Part shown: positions 1-13,959 of the stretch, piece after piece
Numbering within the stretch: position 1 is the first letter of the stretch
Layout of the letters: each line of letters begins with the position of its first letter
NCBI RefSeq assembly: GCF_963921235.1
Contig: NC_086097.1
Coordinates: 52,640,001 to 52,704,000, forward strand
Reading direction: 5' to 3'
Origin: Mobula hypostoma
Taxonomy: Eukaryota
DNA length: 64,000 nt
Position numbers and translations under genes: made by a program
The notes under the pieces: model-generated
Seen by the model: the letters and a program-made list of their open reading frames with translations, nothing else
The model's database searches: none
Told to the model about the DNA's origin: nothing

Positions 1-2669
1 CCACCCTAACACATTGCTGATTATACTCTGCCGCTGAGAAATGTTTCCATATCATTTGAATAAAAATCACTATTTTGAAACATACAAAGTCCACTTATGC
101 TCTATCTAAAGCTTGGAGGAAATAGCATCTTGACAAACTAATCCAAGGGAGGAGGGGTATATAAATATTTGGTGTAATAGAAGAGAATTCTCAGACAGAA
201 CAAATCAGTACTTTGAAAAAAAACTATAGTCAAATACTAACTGTTGACCACTGCAGCTCATCTGGAAGGAACTTTAAAGTTTCATTGGAGCTATTCAGGG
301 TGTGTTTACAACGACAATACAGATAATCTAATTGAGCATTTGTAATTGGAATGGGACAGCTCTACTCACTTTATACTTACGACTGTGAGGCTAAGTTCAG
401 CTCCAATGCCATATTTAAGTTATCTGACAACACCTCTGTTGTTGGCTGAATCGAAGGTGGTGACAAATCAGATTATGGGTGGGAGAATGAAAGTCTGGCT
501 GAAGGTACCAGAACAACAACCTCCCACTCACTGCCAGCAAAACCAAAGAGCTGATATTGACTCAGTTTGTCCAGCAGTTTTTTTTGCTCTAAACTTCAAT
601 ATCTACTGTCTCTTGTGACTTTATTTTTCTCATACCTCTCTCAATTATTGTTATAGGAGAAGTGGATGTTTTCAGGATTTTTCCTTTTATTAGTGGGCGA
701 ATGGAAATTCAAGGGAATTGGGCTGAAGAGGTCTTCCCATGAATCCTCATCTTTAAATATAACTATCAACAAATTTCACTGCCCACCTGATGCATATAAA
801 TATCATCTGACTTGTCATGTTTTTTCCCTGAAGAAATTGGAACACATATACTGTTTGGGTGTGACCAGGATATATAATCATTTTAGACACATTGCTGTTC
901 CAGTTAAAATATTGTGGTGATCCAATTCTTATGTCAGAATTGAAAAGGAATGAGTAATTTTATATGAATCAAAAATACAAAAGCAATATGGAGAACAGCA
1001 ATATCATGAGCCAATGATGTGCTTAGTTCTCATTTTAAATGTACATTGTACCGGCAATATTGCAAGTTTACACATCACTGTGCAACCTCCTTGACTGAGG
1101 TCACATCAGGATTCAGTTATGTGCAGTCCAGAGCCTAGAGAATAATTCTGTGCTGAACTAGAATAGAGAAAGGTGCAGGGACGTTCAGCAAAAAATCTTC
1201 AAAGTACGGAGGAGGTTCAATGAAATAATTTGCTGTCATTGTTGCTAGCTTGAACAAAGCAAAATTTTTTGGACCAATGCCATTTTACTTGAATTCACTT
1301 CTCCCAGAATTGTCACCTTTCATGAAAACTTTGTTTGCTACAGTTACAATGTAATATCACTTCATTGAACATATTGTAATAGCAGACTTTCTCGTGTTTC
1401 AGCTTTATATAAACTACTGTTCAGACTTAGGCATAGAAGGATGTAGAACAGTACAGCACAGTACAGGCGATTTATGTGCAAACCTATGTCAACCTACTCC
1501 ATGGTCAATCTAACCATTTGCTCCTACCCTGCCCATAGCCCTCCATTTTTTCTTATGGCTATGTCTCTCTAATGTATCAGCCTCTACCACCACCCCTGGC
1601 AGTGCAATCCAGGCACTGTGCACTTGCTGTGTAAAAAAAACAAAACTTTGACATCCCCCCTAAACTTTCCTCCACTCACCTTAAACAGATCTTCTCTGGT
1701 AATCACCATTGTCATCCAGAGACCAAGGTGCTGGCTGGCCACTCTATCTACGGTTCTCATAAACTTATACACCTCTACTAAGATGCCTCTTATCCTCTGT
1801 CGCTCCAAAGAAAACAGCTCGAGTTCACTCAACCTTTCCTTAAGTCTTTCCTATCTATGTGTCATTCATTGTAGGTTTAATTCTTACTTTCCTAAGTTAC
1901 TGTGTGTTATGTATGTGTAATGTTTACTTCTGTGCTTTACACCTAAGGACCAGAGAAACATTGTCTTGTTTGGTGGTACACATATATGTAGTTAAATGAC
2001 AATAAACTTGACGACTTGATGTACCTTATATGTTCTGTAATCCAGGCCTAATCCTGCTAAATCTTCTCTAAATTGCAACCCCCTCTAAAGCTTCATCGTG
2101 TTTCCTTATATGAGACATCCAGTCTACTCAGAAATTCCCAGGCCTATTTTGTTTAGTCTTCACTCAAAAAGATTTGTGCCACTCCTACTGTCTGTTCAAA
2201 TTACAAACATTGAAGTGCGAAGAAGTATTTACAATTGAAACCCCACCCAGCCCCACAATCTTGTATTTTACCTAGCTCACATCCACCTTACTCTTTTGAA
2301 ATTGACAGAAGATCAGATTGTAAACATAGCCTGTAACTAAAGCGAGCTGCAAGTTTAGAAACAAATTCTCATGTATAGCAGGAGCACTGTAAACTTAGTC
2401 TCAGCTGAATTTTTAAGCTGTAAGTAGTGTGCCTGAAAACTTAACATGGTATTTCTGTTTCTGTGGGTTTGAATAAATTAACAGTATAATATTACAGATC
2501 AAAACAAAGCACCAAATAAATTGCTTTCAGTTTGAAACTGGTTTTTCCAGTATGAAATCATTGATAAAAGTTTGCTATGTGCAGCATATCTAAGCAAAGG
2601 TATTCTAAGATAAAATAAAGAAGTCAGAGCTATTTTTGCATGAGCACACAGCAACTGGTATCATAGAAA

Positions 2670-2813
2670 CGCAAACACGAGGAAATCTGCAGATGCTGGA
2701 ATTTCAAGCAACACACATCAAAGTTGCTGGTGAATGCAGCAGGCCAGGCAGCATCTCTAGGAAGAGGTATAGTCGACATTTCAGGCCGAGACCCTTTGTC
2801 AGGACTAGAAAGT
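2670..2813 (-). mobile_element. Short PLE terminus in the intron of the upstream receptor gene
   Basis: Same terminus sequence. TSD tcatagaaa at 2661-2669 and 2814-2822. Confidence 0.8.
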
Positions 2814-3576
2814 TCATAGAAAGTTTATTTCCCTGGTTTTGATTGTGTGATATTGGTGATGTTGTTTAGAATAGGAGAACAGGAGAATAACCTAAAATGT
2901 TTAAGTTAAAAATCATGGTTGATAAATTTTGCTGTGATCTGCAATGAGTTAATTAACATGAATTACTCCTGGACTTCAGTTTCATTGCATTTTTAAATCA
3001 ATTTTTCAATTGACTAAATACATAAATAGCTTTTAACAATGAAAATTCTCAATGCAAAAGGATGAAAGAAGTTGAAAATTTTCTGCAAGCAAGGTAATTG
3101 ATTCAGGTTAGCAGTTTATATTAAGCCCACAAAGGGCAGAATTTTTGTGAACCTAAGGTATTAAGGGGTCTGGAGCTAAGTACAGCTAATGAGGATGGTC
3201 GTGGTATCATTGAAGATGAAACTCTTGGCTGACTTCTTTGCTCAGATAAAACAGAGGAAAACACAAATATAACACCATGGTGGAAGAAAAATATTGTTCT
3301 GAGATGAGGATGCATAATAGTTAATGTACCAAAACCCTTTTAATACTATGGAATGAAGATTTATTTCATTTTAGCAAGATTGAAAGTAAACTAAAACACT
3401 GCAAACATGTTTGGAATCCACGGTGTTTACAACCATGCATTTTGTTTAGTTATTTCTATTAACATGTTGCAGAATCCTTTTCTACCACATCTGATAAATA
3501 GCATTCTCTTTAAGACATTTCTTCTTGCATAATATTGTGAATGTCTAAAATCTATCAATCTTCTTAAATATTTTAG

Positions 3577-3783
3577 ATTCGTGCATATATTGGTGCATTT
3601 GCTCCTGATGGCAAAGATGAAGAAGATTTGATTGCCCTAAAGTGTGCTTCGGTGAATTCGATCGTTGATCCATGGGTTTTCATAATTTTCAGAACATCTG
3701 TTTTCCGGAAACTACTTTTTGTATGTTTCAAAGATTCTTCCACAAGGATGAACTTACAGTCAGTGCCTGCTGTTGAAAATTAA
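3577..3783 (+). CDS. PTGDR: Terminal coding exon (end of TM6, ECL3, TM7, C-tail) of a prostanoid GPCR, most similar to prostaglandin D2 receptor DP1; exon 1 lies upstream of the window
   Basis: Acceptor tattttag ends at 3576. The phase-0 frame reads [68 protein letters not shown] (TAA 3781-3783). It has the prostanoid TM7 DPW motif. [15 protein letters not shown] resembles mammalian DP1 (SIVDPWIFIIFRSPVFR, from memory). Its position upstream of, and co-oriented with, an EP2-like gene matches the mammalian PTGDR-PTGER2 tandem. The symbol is tentative. Confidence 0.75.
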   Translation: MRAYIGAFAPDGKDEEDLIALKCASVNSIVDPWVFIIFRTSVFRKLLFVCFKDSSTRMNLQSVPAVEN

Positions 3784-4949
3784 AACACTGTTCTTGATAG
3801 TGGAATTATTTTATTGCCTTGCTATTTCTTTGATTTTTCAAGTTAAAATAAAAATGGAGGCTCTTCAAAAGTGGAAGAACAAGGAATACTCAACAAAATT
3901 CCATAGTAATGGGCATTGCTTTTAAAGTTGGTAAAGACATTCCCAGTAATTTTAAAGCTCTTAAAGTTGTGAAAGGCATTACTCAAACTGGAGCAGAGAA
4001 AACTAAGATTAATTTATGCAGTTGTAACCTTCTATCTGTAAGTTGCAACCTATTATTATTATGTTTCTATGTACGTATATATTCATAATGTTTGCATGCT
4101 TGTTAATGATTGTCTCTGGCTAAAGTATGAATCTATACAACTTCAATAATAATATGTTTAATGGACAATTTTTGTCTGTGTTCCAACTTGTCAGAATTGC
4201 TTTAAATCTGGATAAATCCCAATTTCAATTTGTCTAGTTCTGTTTGCTGACTTAATAATACACCTGAGATAGATATTTCATTCTATTTGGAGTTTTCACA
4301 GGACTCTAAAGACATTTAGTGGGCACTAAAAATAATGTAAGTGCACCAGCAATGTTCTGCAAGATTTTTCAGATTTGAATCTTGTGATAGTGGGCTTAAA
4401 ACTAAACATTAATGTGGTGTTCACGAGCATTAACATCACCATAATATGTCAACTCATGGTCTGGCACATGTATTGATATCAAGCCAGTGTATCATTCCAG
4501 CCTCAATGAACACACAGGCATGCTTGGAGCAGTACCATAAACACCTAAAAATGAGGTTGCAGTACAGGACCTCATACATGCTAAGCTGCAAACACAGCAT
4601 GCAAAAGACAGAGATAACCAAATGATCAGATCAAACTCTGCAATCCTGCCACATCTAATCATGAAACACGATGAACAATTAAACACCTAAAAGGAGAAGG
4701 AGCATCTAAAAACACTCCTATTCTCTGTGATGGCGTGGCCCTCCCTCTGAATGCTAAAGTGAAGGCTGCAATATTCACAATCACTTTTCGCTGGAAGAGC
4801 TGTGGAAACTTGACCAGCTGTGTCCTGTTCACGGAAGCAGAACTAATCAAAGCTGACTATTTATATTTAAACCTATGCCTGTGCTTATTCCAATGAAAAG
4901 GCGGATTTGTAAGTTCACAGGCAATGGAGGCATTGTGAATATTGCTCTT

Positions 4950-5125
4950 GCCACTGTATGTAAAGAGTTTGTACGTTCTGTCAGTGACCTCGTGCATTTC
5001 CTCTGCATGCTCTGATTTCCTCCACATCCCAAAGATGTACAGATTAGCAAGCTAATTGATCATATGGGTGAAATTGGCAACGTTGGCTCATTGGGCTGGA
5101 AGGGCCTATTACTGTGTTGCGTCCC
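4950..5125 (+). repeat. V-SINE/HE1-like SINE remnant; similar copies at about 20985-21300, 38293-38600 and 62700-63190 (-)
   Basis: tttcctc..tgctc..tttcctcc.ac.tcccaaaga core typical of the V domain. Confidence 0.6.
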
Positions 5126-5149
5126 TAAAATAATAAAAAAAAACTAAAA

Positions 5150-5885
5150 ATAGATCACTTGGATGAAGAAATGACAAACAGAGTTTGATCCAATCAAGGT
5201 GAGTGTGAGGTGTTGCACTTTGGAAGATCAATTGTAAAGGGACAGTACAGAGTTAATGGCAGGGTCCTTAACAACGTTGATGTACAGAGGATCTAGTAAG
5301 CAGTCAATAGCTCCCTGAAAGTAGCTGCACAGGCTTATGGGCTGGTAAAGAAAGGCATTAGTCAGGCATTGAGTTCAAGAATCAGGATGTTATGTTGCAA
5401 CTGCTTAGGTTATATTTGGTGTATTGCAATCGATTCTAGCTTCCCCTTTACTGGGAGTTGTTGGAGAAAGTGCAGAAGCAGTTCACCAGAATGCTGCCTG
5501 GATTCAAGGGAATGTGCTCCAAGAAGAGATTGGACAATGCTGGGTTGTTTTCACTGGAGCAAGAGGTTGAGAACCTGATAGAAGGTGTAGGTAGACAGCC
5601 AGTAACTTTTTTCCAAGAGTCAAAATGTCTACTATTAAGCTGCATGTATTTAGGTTGAGAGGGGATCAGTTCAGAGGAGGTGTGCAGGGGCAAGATTTTT
5701 AATATAGAATGTAGTAGGCACCTTGAATGCACTGCCACAGGTGCTGGTAGAGATGAATACAACAGAGGCATCTTAGATGGGATACATGAATATGCAGAGA
5801 ATGGAAGGATATGGACACTGTGAAGACAGAAGAAATTAGTTACTTATTTAGTTTCGAGTTCAATTAGTTTGGCACAATATTTGGC
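5150..5885 (+). mobile_element. Degraded CR1 3' fragment
   Basis: LEKVQKQFTRMLPG..GLFSLE. Confidence 0.7.
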
Positions 5886-7134
5886 AGATTAATTGGTGAC
5901 AAGATGAGGGGTAATGTCTTTGATCTTCCTTATTTTTAACCATGTTATTGACTTATCCAGGAAGATGCCAGACAAGTAATCTGGTAACAAGTAGTCAGTG
6001 GAGAAGACAAAACAAAAACTAGCTGATATAAATATTAGTGCTAAGAGAGTTGAATAAGGTCAGTTTGAATCTGAAACATGTCCAACCACTGGATCAACTT
6101 CTCATATAATTAGACTCTGTTATTTGACCATAATCATTTAAAATACTTCTAAGGAATATTTTAAAGATCATCATCTCTACCGGTACATTTCCCCATTAAT
6201 ATCATAAATAAGATTTCCCTGACCATCAATCTGAGAATCATTTGGAATTTTGAAGTTCCCAAATATAAAATCCAGAATAAACTATATCACATTGTAACAC
6301 ATTATAATTACATCATACATTATAATTACATTACATATTATAACCATTTGGTTATGAATTTTAGAAATTAATGTAAACTTGGTGTAAAAGAATTGCTTTT
6401 ATTTTGCAAAACCGGACCTTATTTACCTATTCCAAAAAATGGCTCCAAATGCTAATGTTAACCTCTAGGGGGTGCAGAAGAATTAATTTACGTTAACATT
6501 TCTTTCATCCTCAATCTGACGAACATGCTGTTGGCTGCATGCTTTCATCTTCCAAATTCAAGTATTTTACCATGAACAACGTAATAAATATACAATAAAT
6601 TATAAAATAACAGTGGATTTTTCATGAAATTATTTTATATGATCTCTTGATTGTTTCAGCTGCAGTTAAGAAAGCCATAATATTTGTGTGAGAAGTGTTT
6701 GATCTCTCATTTGCTCTGGATTTTAATAAATCTGGTTTCATTCTCTGTACACTTTTGAAAATGTTTAGTTTCATTGGTGGCAAAAATGTGAGATTATCTA
6801 TTTTGGTAAATAAAATATAACTTCAGTTATGAATATTTTTTTTCCAATTTTCAGTATCCATACCCCTGTTTCTTTCTCTTCCACCAATCCAGCCAGATTC
6901 ATCTTTTCAATTGCTTTCCTTCACTTCCCCTCCATCACCAAGTTACCAAGACTCATTACAGTTACCTATCTGCCATATTTGGTTCCACCTATTACTTCCC
7001 AGTTTCTATCTCTATCTTTTCACTACCATCTCCCGCGATGCTCCATGTGCCTCTGCTTTTTCTTCAATTGGTATTTGATTCTTTTCAACAACAGTTTTCA
7101 TTTCAACATCAACCCATCCATAGCATTTGGCAGC

Positions 7135-7560
7135 TTTGGGCCCGTACTCACTGGAATTTAGAAGAATGCAGGGGGATTTCATTGAAACCTACTGAATGTT
7201 GAAAGGACTAGATAATGTGGATGTGGAAAGCATGTTTCCTATGGTGGGAGTATCCAGAACTAGAGGGCACAGCCTCAAAATTGAGGGATGACCTTTCAGA
7301 ACAGAGGTAAGGAGGAATTTTTTTTTTAGCCAGAGAGTAGTGAATCTGCGGAATGCTCTGTCACAGACTGCGGTGGAGACCAAGTCCATGGGTATATTTA
7401 AGACAGAGCTTGATAGTTTCCTGATCGGTCAGGGCATCAAAGGATATGGTGAGAAGGCAGGTGTATGGGGTTGAGTGGGATCTGGGTTCAGTCATGATGA
7501 AATGGCAGAACAGACTCGACAGGCTGAATGGCCTAATTCTGCCCCTATGTTTTATGGTCC
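7135..7560 (+). mobile_element. CR1 3' end
   Basis: Homologous to 51490-51900 and to 28140-28560 (reverse complement). Confidence 0.75.
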
Positions 7561-8039
7561 TGCTTCCCCATTTGGCTCCATGTGCCCATCCATGCGCCCC
7601 AACTGGTTCCACCATTTACCTTCCAGCCTGTATCTCACTGCTTCTTCACACTTCTGTACACTGCTTATCTTCCCTTTGCATTCTGACTGATAAGGTCAGC
7701 GTGCTGAATACCACCCTGGCTCGATAATATGAAGCAGGGGGTGATGTTTGAAGACTGATTCTCTCATTGGAGATCTATGACTTGTAGGCACCCAGGGGTT
7801 AATAGTTCAACAGTTCCATTTAATATCAGAGAAATGTATACAATATACATCCTGAAATTCTTCATCATGAATACTGTGTACGTCTGGACACTCTGCCTAA
7901 GGAAGGATTACAGGTGTAATTGACAAAGTGCAGCAAGGGTTCTCCAGACTTGAGATTATGGATTTGTTACCTGAAGAGATATGAATCAAATTGGGCCTAT
8001 ACTCTCTTGACCTAAATGAATGAGAGGTGAACTCTTCGA

Positions 8040-8480
8040 GATGTTTTATTTCAAAAGCTTCCTTTACCAGGTGATCCCAGAAGCCATTGGCACAGCATAG
8101 TAGTTTTGTACCTTCAAAGTCAATCCTATGGCCACTGCGAATGCAGTGTTCTGCTACTGCTGATTTCTCCGGGTATCCCAAATGGATACACCTCCTGTGC
8201 TCCTTGATGTGGGTTTCCACTGAGCATCTCGCCTGGCCAATATACACTGCTCTGCTTTCGCAGAGAATCCTGTAAGCGCTAATTGTCCTGAGTCCCAGGT
8301 CATCTTTGACCTGCATAAGCTGTGATTTGAATTTCCTTATGAGTTTGTGGATGGTATTAAGCTGGTATCCCCTCTGGATGCTGATGATCTTGCCAGAAAC
8401 TATGGAAACGTAGGAAAGACAGGCAGTAGTGATGGGTTCCTCCGCGTTGTTAGGTTTCCTGGTTTTAATATCGGCCCTTT
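8040..8480 (-). mobile_element. Degraded Poseidon-type PLE fragment (GIY-YIG)
   Basis: AYRILCE..VYIGQ..HIKEH..KSAVAEH..GHRIDF; no Cys-rich linker. Confidence 0.7.
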
Positions 8481-9007
8481 ATTAGCAAGTTTATTAGTGA
8501 AGAAGTGACTTGAGGAGGTGTGTGCATTTAGAGTTGGACTTCAGTTAGGACTCTCAGTCTTTCTCCAGGCATTTCCATGATTTCACCCCCCCCCCCAACG
8601 CAAATCTCCACTGATAACTGAATAGTTTTAAGGATATTCAGCAGATTTCAATGCCAGGTCTTCACCATTCACCTTGCTCCCTCAAACTCACCTCCTGATG
8701 CCGAGCAGGCTGTCTCAGCAGAAGCCTCACCTTTATATCCCTGTGCCCTCTCCTCATGGAGTTCCAAGCCTATCATGATGTTGAGCTCTTCTTCAGTTGC
8801 CTCTGCCTCTGTGTCTATTTCTTTGGCAAGGGGTCTCACCCCGCCCCCACCATCACAACCTTTCCTTCATCACCGGATCCCAATCACCAACACTGTTTGC
8901 ATGAATTTTGAAAATAATCTTATTTTGACCATTTTTAACATTGTTAACAGCACTGTGATTTGCAGTAACAACTTACATCAAGTTTAAATTGTAATTACTC
9001 AAAATTC

Positions 9008-9318
9008 CCCCTCCCTCTTTCTTTCTCCCTAGGCCTCCCATCCCATGATCCTCTCATATCCCTTTTGCCAATCACCTGTCCAAATCTTGGCTCCATCCCT
9101 CCCTCCTCCTGTCTTCTCCTATCATTTCGGATCTCCCCCTCCCCCTCCCACTTTCAAATCTCTTACTAGCTCTTCTTTCAGTTCGTCCTGACGAAGGGTC
9201 TCAGCCCGAAACGTCGACTGTACCTCTTCCTAGAGATGCTGCCTGGCCTGCTGCGTTCACCAGCAACTTTGATGTGTGTTGCTTGAATTTCCGGCATCTG
9301 CAGAATTCCTGTCGTTTG
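9008..9318 (+). mobile_element. PLE terminus followed by a copy of the flank of the 16.3-17.7 kb element
   Basis: Similar to 17400-17713 and followed by 9319-9497, which matches 17714-17891. Confidence 0.8.
9184..9219 (+). ncRNA. Minimal hammerhead ribozyme
   Basis: GUC-CUGACGA-AGGGUCUCAGCCC-GAAAC-GUC-GAC. Confidence 0.65.
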
Positions 9319-9593
9319 CATTTCTTCAGAGAATAAGGTTGTACATTGGTAGGTCTGACAGAAAACGCACCTGCATTGTCAAAGAGTGTGCAAAATTTTG
9401 GCAAGAACCTTAACAGCTTAGAGCCTCTTTAAATCAGAATAGTTGGTAAACCTGATTTAAACTTTGGATTCAAATATGTGGCCAACATTTTAGGAGAACG
9501 TTGCAAAATGTTGGAGGAACTCAGCAAGCCAGGTAGCACCTATGGAGAGGAACAAACGGCTGATGCTTTGCGCCAAGACCTTTCATCAGGCCT

Positions 9594-10675
9594 TTCAATA
9601 TTTGATAGGTTTCAATGAGAATCCACACCCCACCCCCCAGCTCTTCTAACCTTCAGAGAGTACAGATCTAGAGCCTTCAAACACTCCTCATACATTAACC
9701 CTTTCATTCCCAGGATCATTCTAGTGATCATTGTCAATGCCATCATGTTCTTTGTTAGATGTAGGGCCCAAAATTGCTCACAATATTGCACAGGTGGTCT
9801 GACCAATGCTTTACAAAGCCTTAGCATTACATCCTTACTTTTATATTCCATTCCTCCTGAAATGAATGCTAACATTATATTTGCCTTCCTTACTACTGAC
9901 TCAACCTATGAGTTAATGCATTCGGAGTCCTAAGTCCTTTGCATTTCCAATTTCTGAATTTGCTCCCCATTTAAAAAATAGTCTATGCCTTTATTCCTTC
10001 TACTAAAGTTCATGACCATACATTTCCCTACATTGCCACTTCTTTGTCTATTCTGTTAATTTGTCCATCCTTCCATAGATTTCCTGCTTCCTCAAAAATA
10101 CCTGCCCCTATCTTTGTATCATCCACAAACTTGGCCTCAAGTCCATCAGTTCAGTCACCTATCTCATTAACATATAATGTGAAGTGGACCCAACACCAAC
10201 CCCTGTAGTTGCTCCATTGGTCATTAACAGCTGACCAGAAAAGGTCCCGTTTATTCCCATTCTTTGCCTTCTGACAGTCAGCCAATCTTCTCTCCATGTT
10301 GGTATCTTTTCTATAATACTTTGGGCTCTTTTATTTATTAGCAGCTTCTAGTCCAACACTTTGTCAAAGATCTTCTGAAATCCAAGTAAACAAGATCCAT
10401 TGACTCTTTTGTCTATCCTGCTTGTTATTTCCTCAAAGGATTCTGACATTTTTGCCAGGCAGGATTTCCCCTTAAGGAAACCATGCCAACTTCAACCTAT
10501 TTTATCATGTGCCCCATACCTCCAAACTTCATCCTTAATAATGAACTCTAACAGCTTGCCAACCAATAGTTTCCTGTTTTTGCCTCCTTCCCTTCTTAAA
10601 GCATGGAGTGACATTTGCAATTTTCCAGAACAATGGAACCATTGCAGAAGCAAGAATCGAATGATTCTGGAAAGA
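9594..10675 (-). mobile_element. Degraded CR1 fragment
   Basis: MLAFISGGMEYKSKDVMLRLCKALVRP. Confidence 0.75.
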
Positions 10676-10778
10676 TCAGAATCAGAATCAGGTTTCATAT
10701 GTTGTGAAATTTGTTGTTTTTGCAACAGCAGTACAATGCAATACATAATAATAGCGAGAAAACCAGAAAACATGCATT

Positions 10779-12435
<1,657 letters not shown>

Positions 12436-12716
12436 TATATAACAGTTAAATTAAGTAAGTAGTGCAAAAATAAAAAAAAGTAGTGAGGCACTGTTCATGG
12501 GTTCAATGTCCATTCAGAAATCAGATGGCATAGGGGAAGAATCTGTTCCTGAATCATTAAGTGTGTGTCATGTACCTCCTTCCTGATGGTGACAATGAGA
12601 AGAGGGCACGTTCTGAGTGATGGGGGTCATTAATGATGGATGCTGCCTTTCTGAGGCATCACTCCTTGGTTATGTCCTGGATACTACAGAGGCTAATGCC
12701 CATTATGGAGCTGACT

Positions 12717-12925
12717 AATTCCTGATATTTAATCCTAGAAAACATTCCCTGTCTTAGGTCAATTAGGGTCACTATCTTAAGAATCCGAAATGTCAGTATA
12801 ATAGTAGAGAGAATGATTTATTTCAGCTTTTATTTCTTTCATCACTTTCCCAGTGGGTTAGAAGTTTACATACACTTTGTTAGTATTTGGTAGTATTGCC
12901 TTTAAATTGTTTAACTTGGATCAAG
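12717..12925 (-). repeat. Third, partial, inverted copy of the transposon right IR
   Basis: Reverse complement of about 12178-12375, sharing its private variants. Confidence 0.8.
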
Positions 12926-12947
12926 TTAAAAAACAATATGATTATAC

Positions 12948-13890
12948 TGTGACGGGGTCCTGAATTACCCCCATGAACTGTGCTCGTTTACCCCTATTAA
13001 CTGTGGTTTTGAAAAGAGAGACAGACAAAGACTAACTGTTGGACGGTCACTTTAAGGAACGAGAAAGAACTGGTTAACTTTTGGATTTCTGCTGAGTTGG
13101 AGATGGCACCGAGCAGCTCTTAAGTTGCTATGGTGACCGAAGGCAGTGTTATTTAATGGACACTCGATGTTATGATTTTCCAACAGGTTGTTGATATTTC
13201 TCAAGGACTTTTGCCTGCTTGCATTTCTTCACAGAGAGAGGAAGGAGGAGTTATTTGAATGACAGTTGATGCTCAGCACGGGAAGATAAAATAGGAGGTC
13301 AGAAGATAGACCTCAGACACATGTTTTGGACACTGAATGAGCATTGTGGTGCCCACAGAAAAAGTGGGTTTTGGAGGATCAATCAGGCGGATCGATCAGT
13401 CGCTCTTGCAGTGGAAAGAGAAAAGGGTGGGGAGTTGTCCATGTGTCCACCCTCACCTGGGGGATAGCTCCACCACAGAAAACCAGTCCCCTTTGTTAAA
13501 GTCACAGTCACAGACTTTTAAAGGAGTTCGAAGGACAACGAGAAGGTCGATGACGTCAGCTCACCTGAAGATTCAAATCTCTCCCTCTCTCTCTCCATCA
13601 CTACTCAACTCAATACCACGAACTGAACTGAACTGAACTTTACTCATCATCGTAAGACTGTATCTTTTTACCCCTAGACTTAAAGAAGCTTGGTTTTTCA
13701 TACATATATTTCCACACTTACTGATATACATATACATATATATAATCATTGTTAACCTGTTTGATGTATCTACATTTATATTACTGTATTGCGTAGTTAC
13801 TAATAAATATTATTAGTTTATAGCAATACTGGACTCCAAAGTGTTTTCCATCTCTGCTGGTTCTTTATTCCCGTCACTGAGTTTGTGACA
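12948..13890 (+). mobile_element. Solo LTR (about 943 bp), probably Gypsy/Metaviridae-type
   Basis: TGT...ACA ends; 4-bp TSD ATAC at 12944-12947 and 13891-13894; AATAAA at 13802. Confidence 0.8.
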
Positions 13891-13959
13891 ATACAAAGTA
13901 AACAAGTACTTCATAAAAGATCATAAATATTCAAAATTAGGTTTGTGGTAGGAAGCGAA

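Noticed and set aside
346..920. Short ORFs at the window start
   Set aside because: No motifs; they lie in the inferred intron of the upstream receptor gene.
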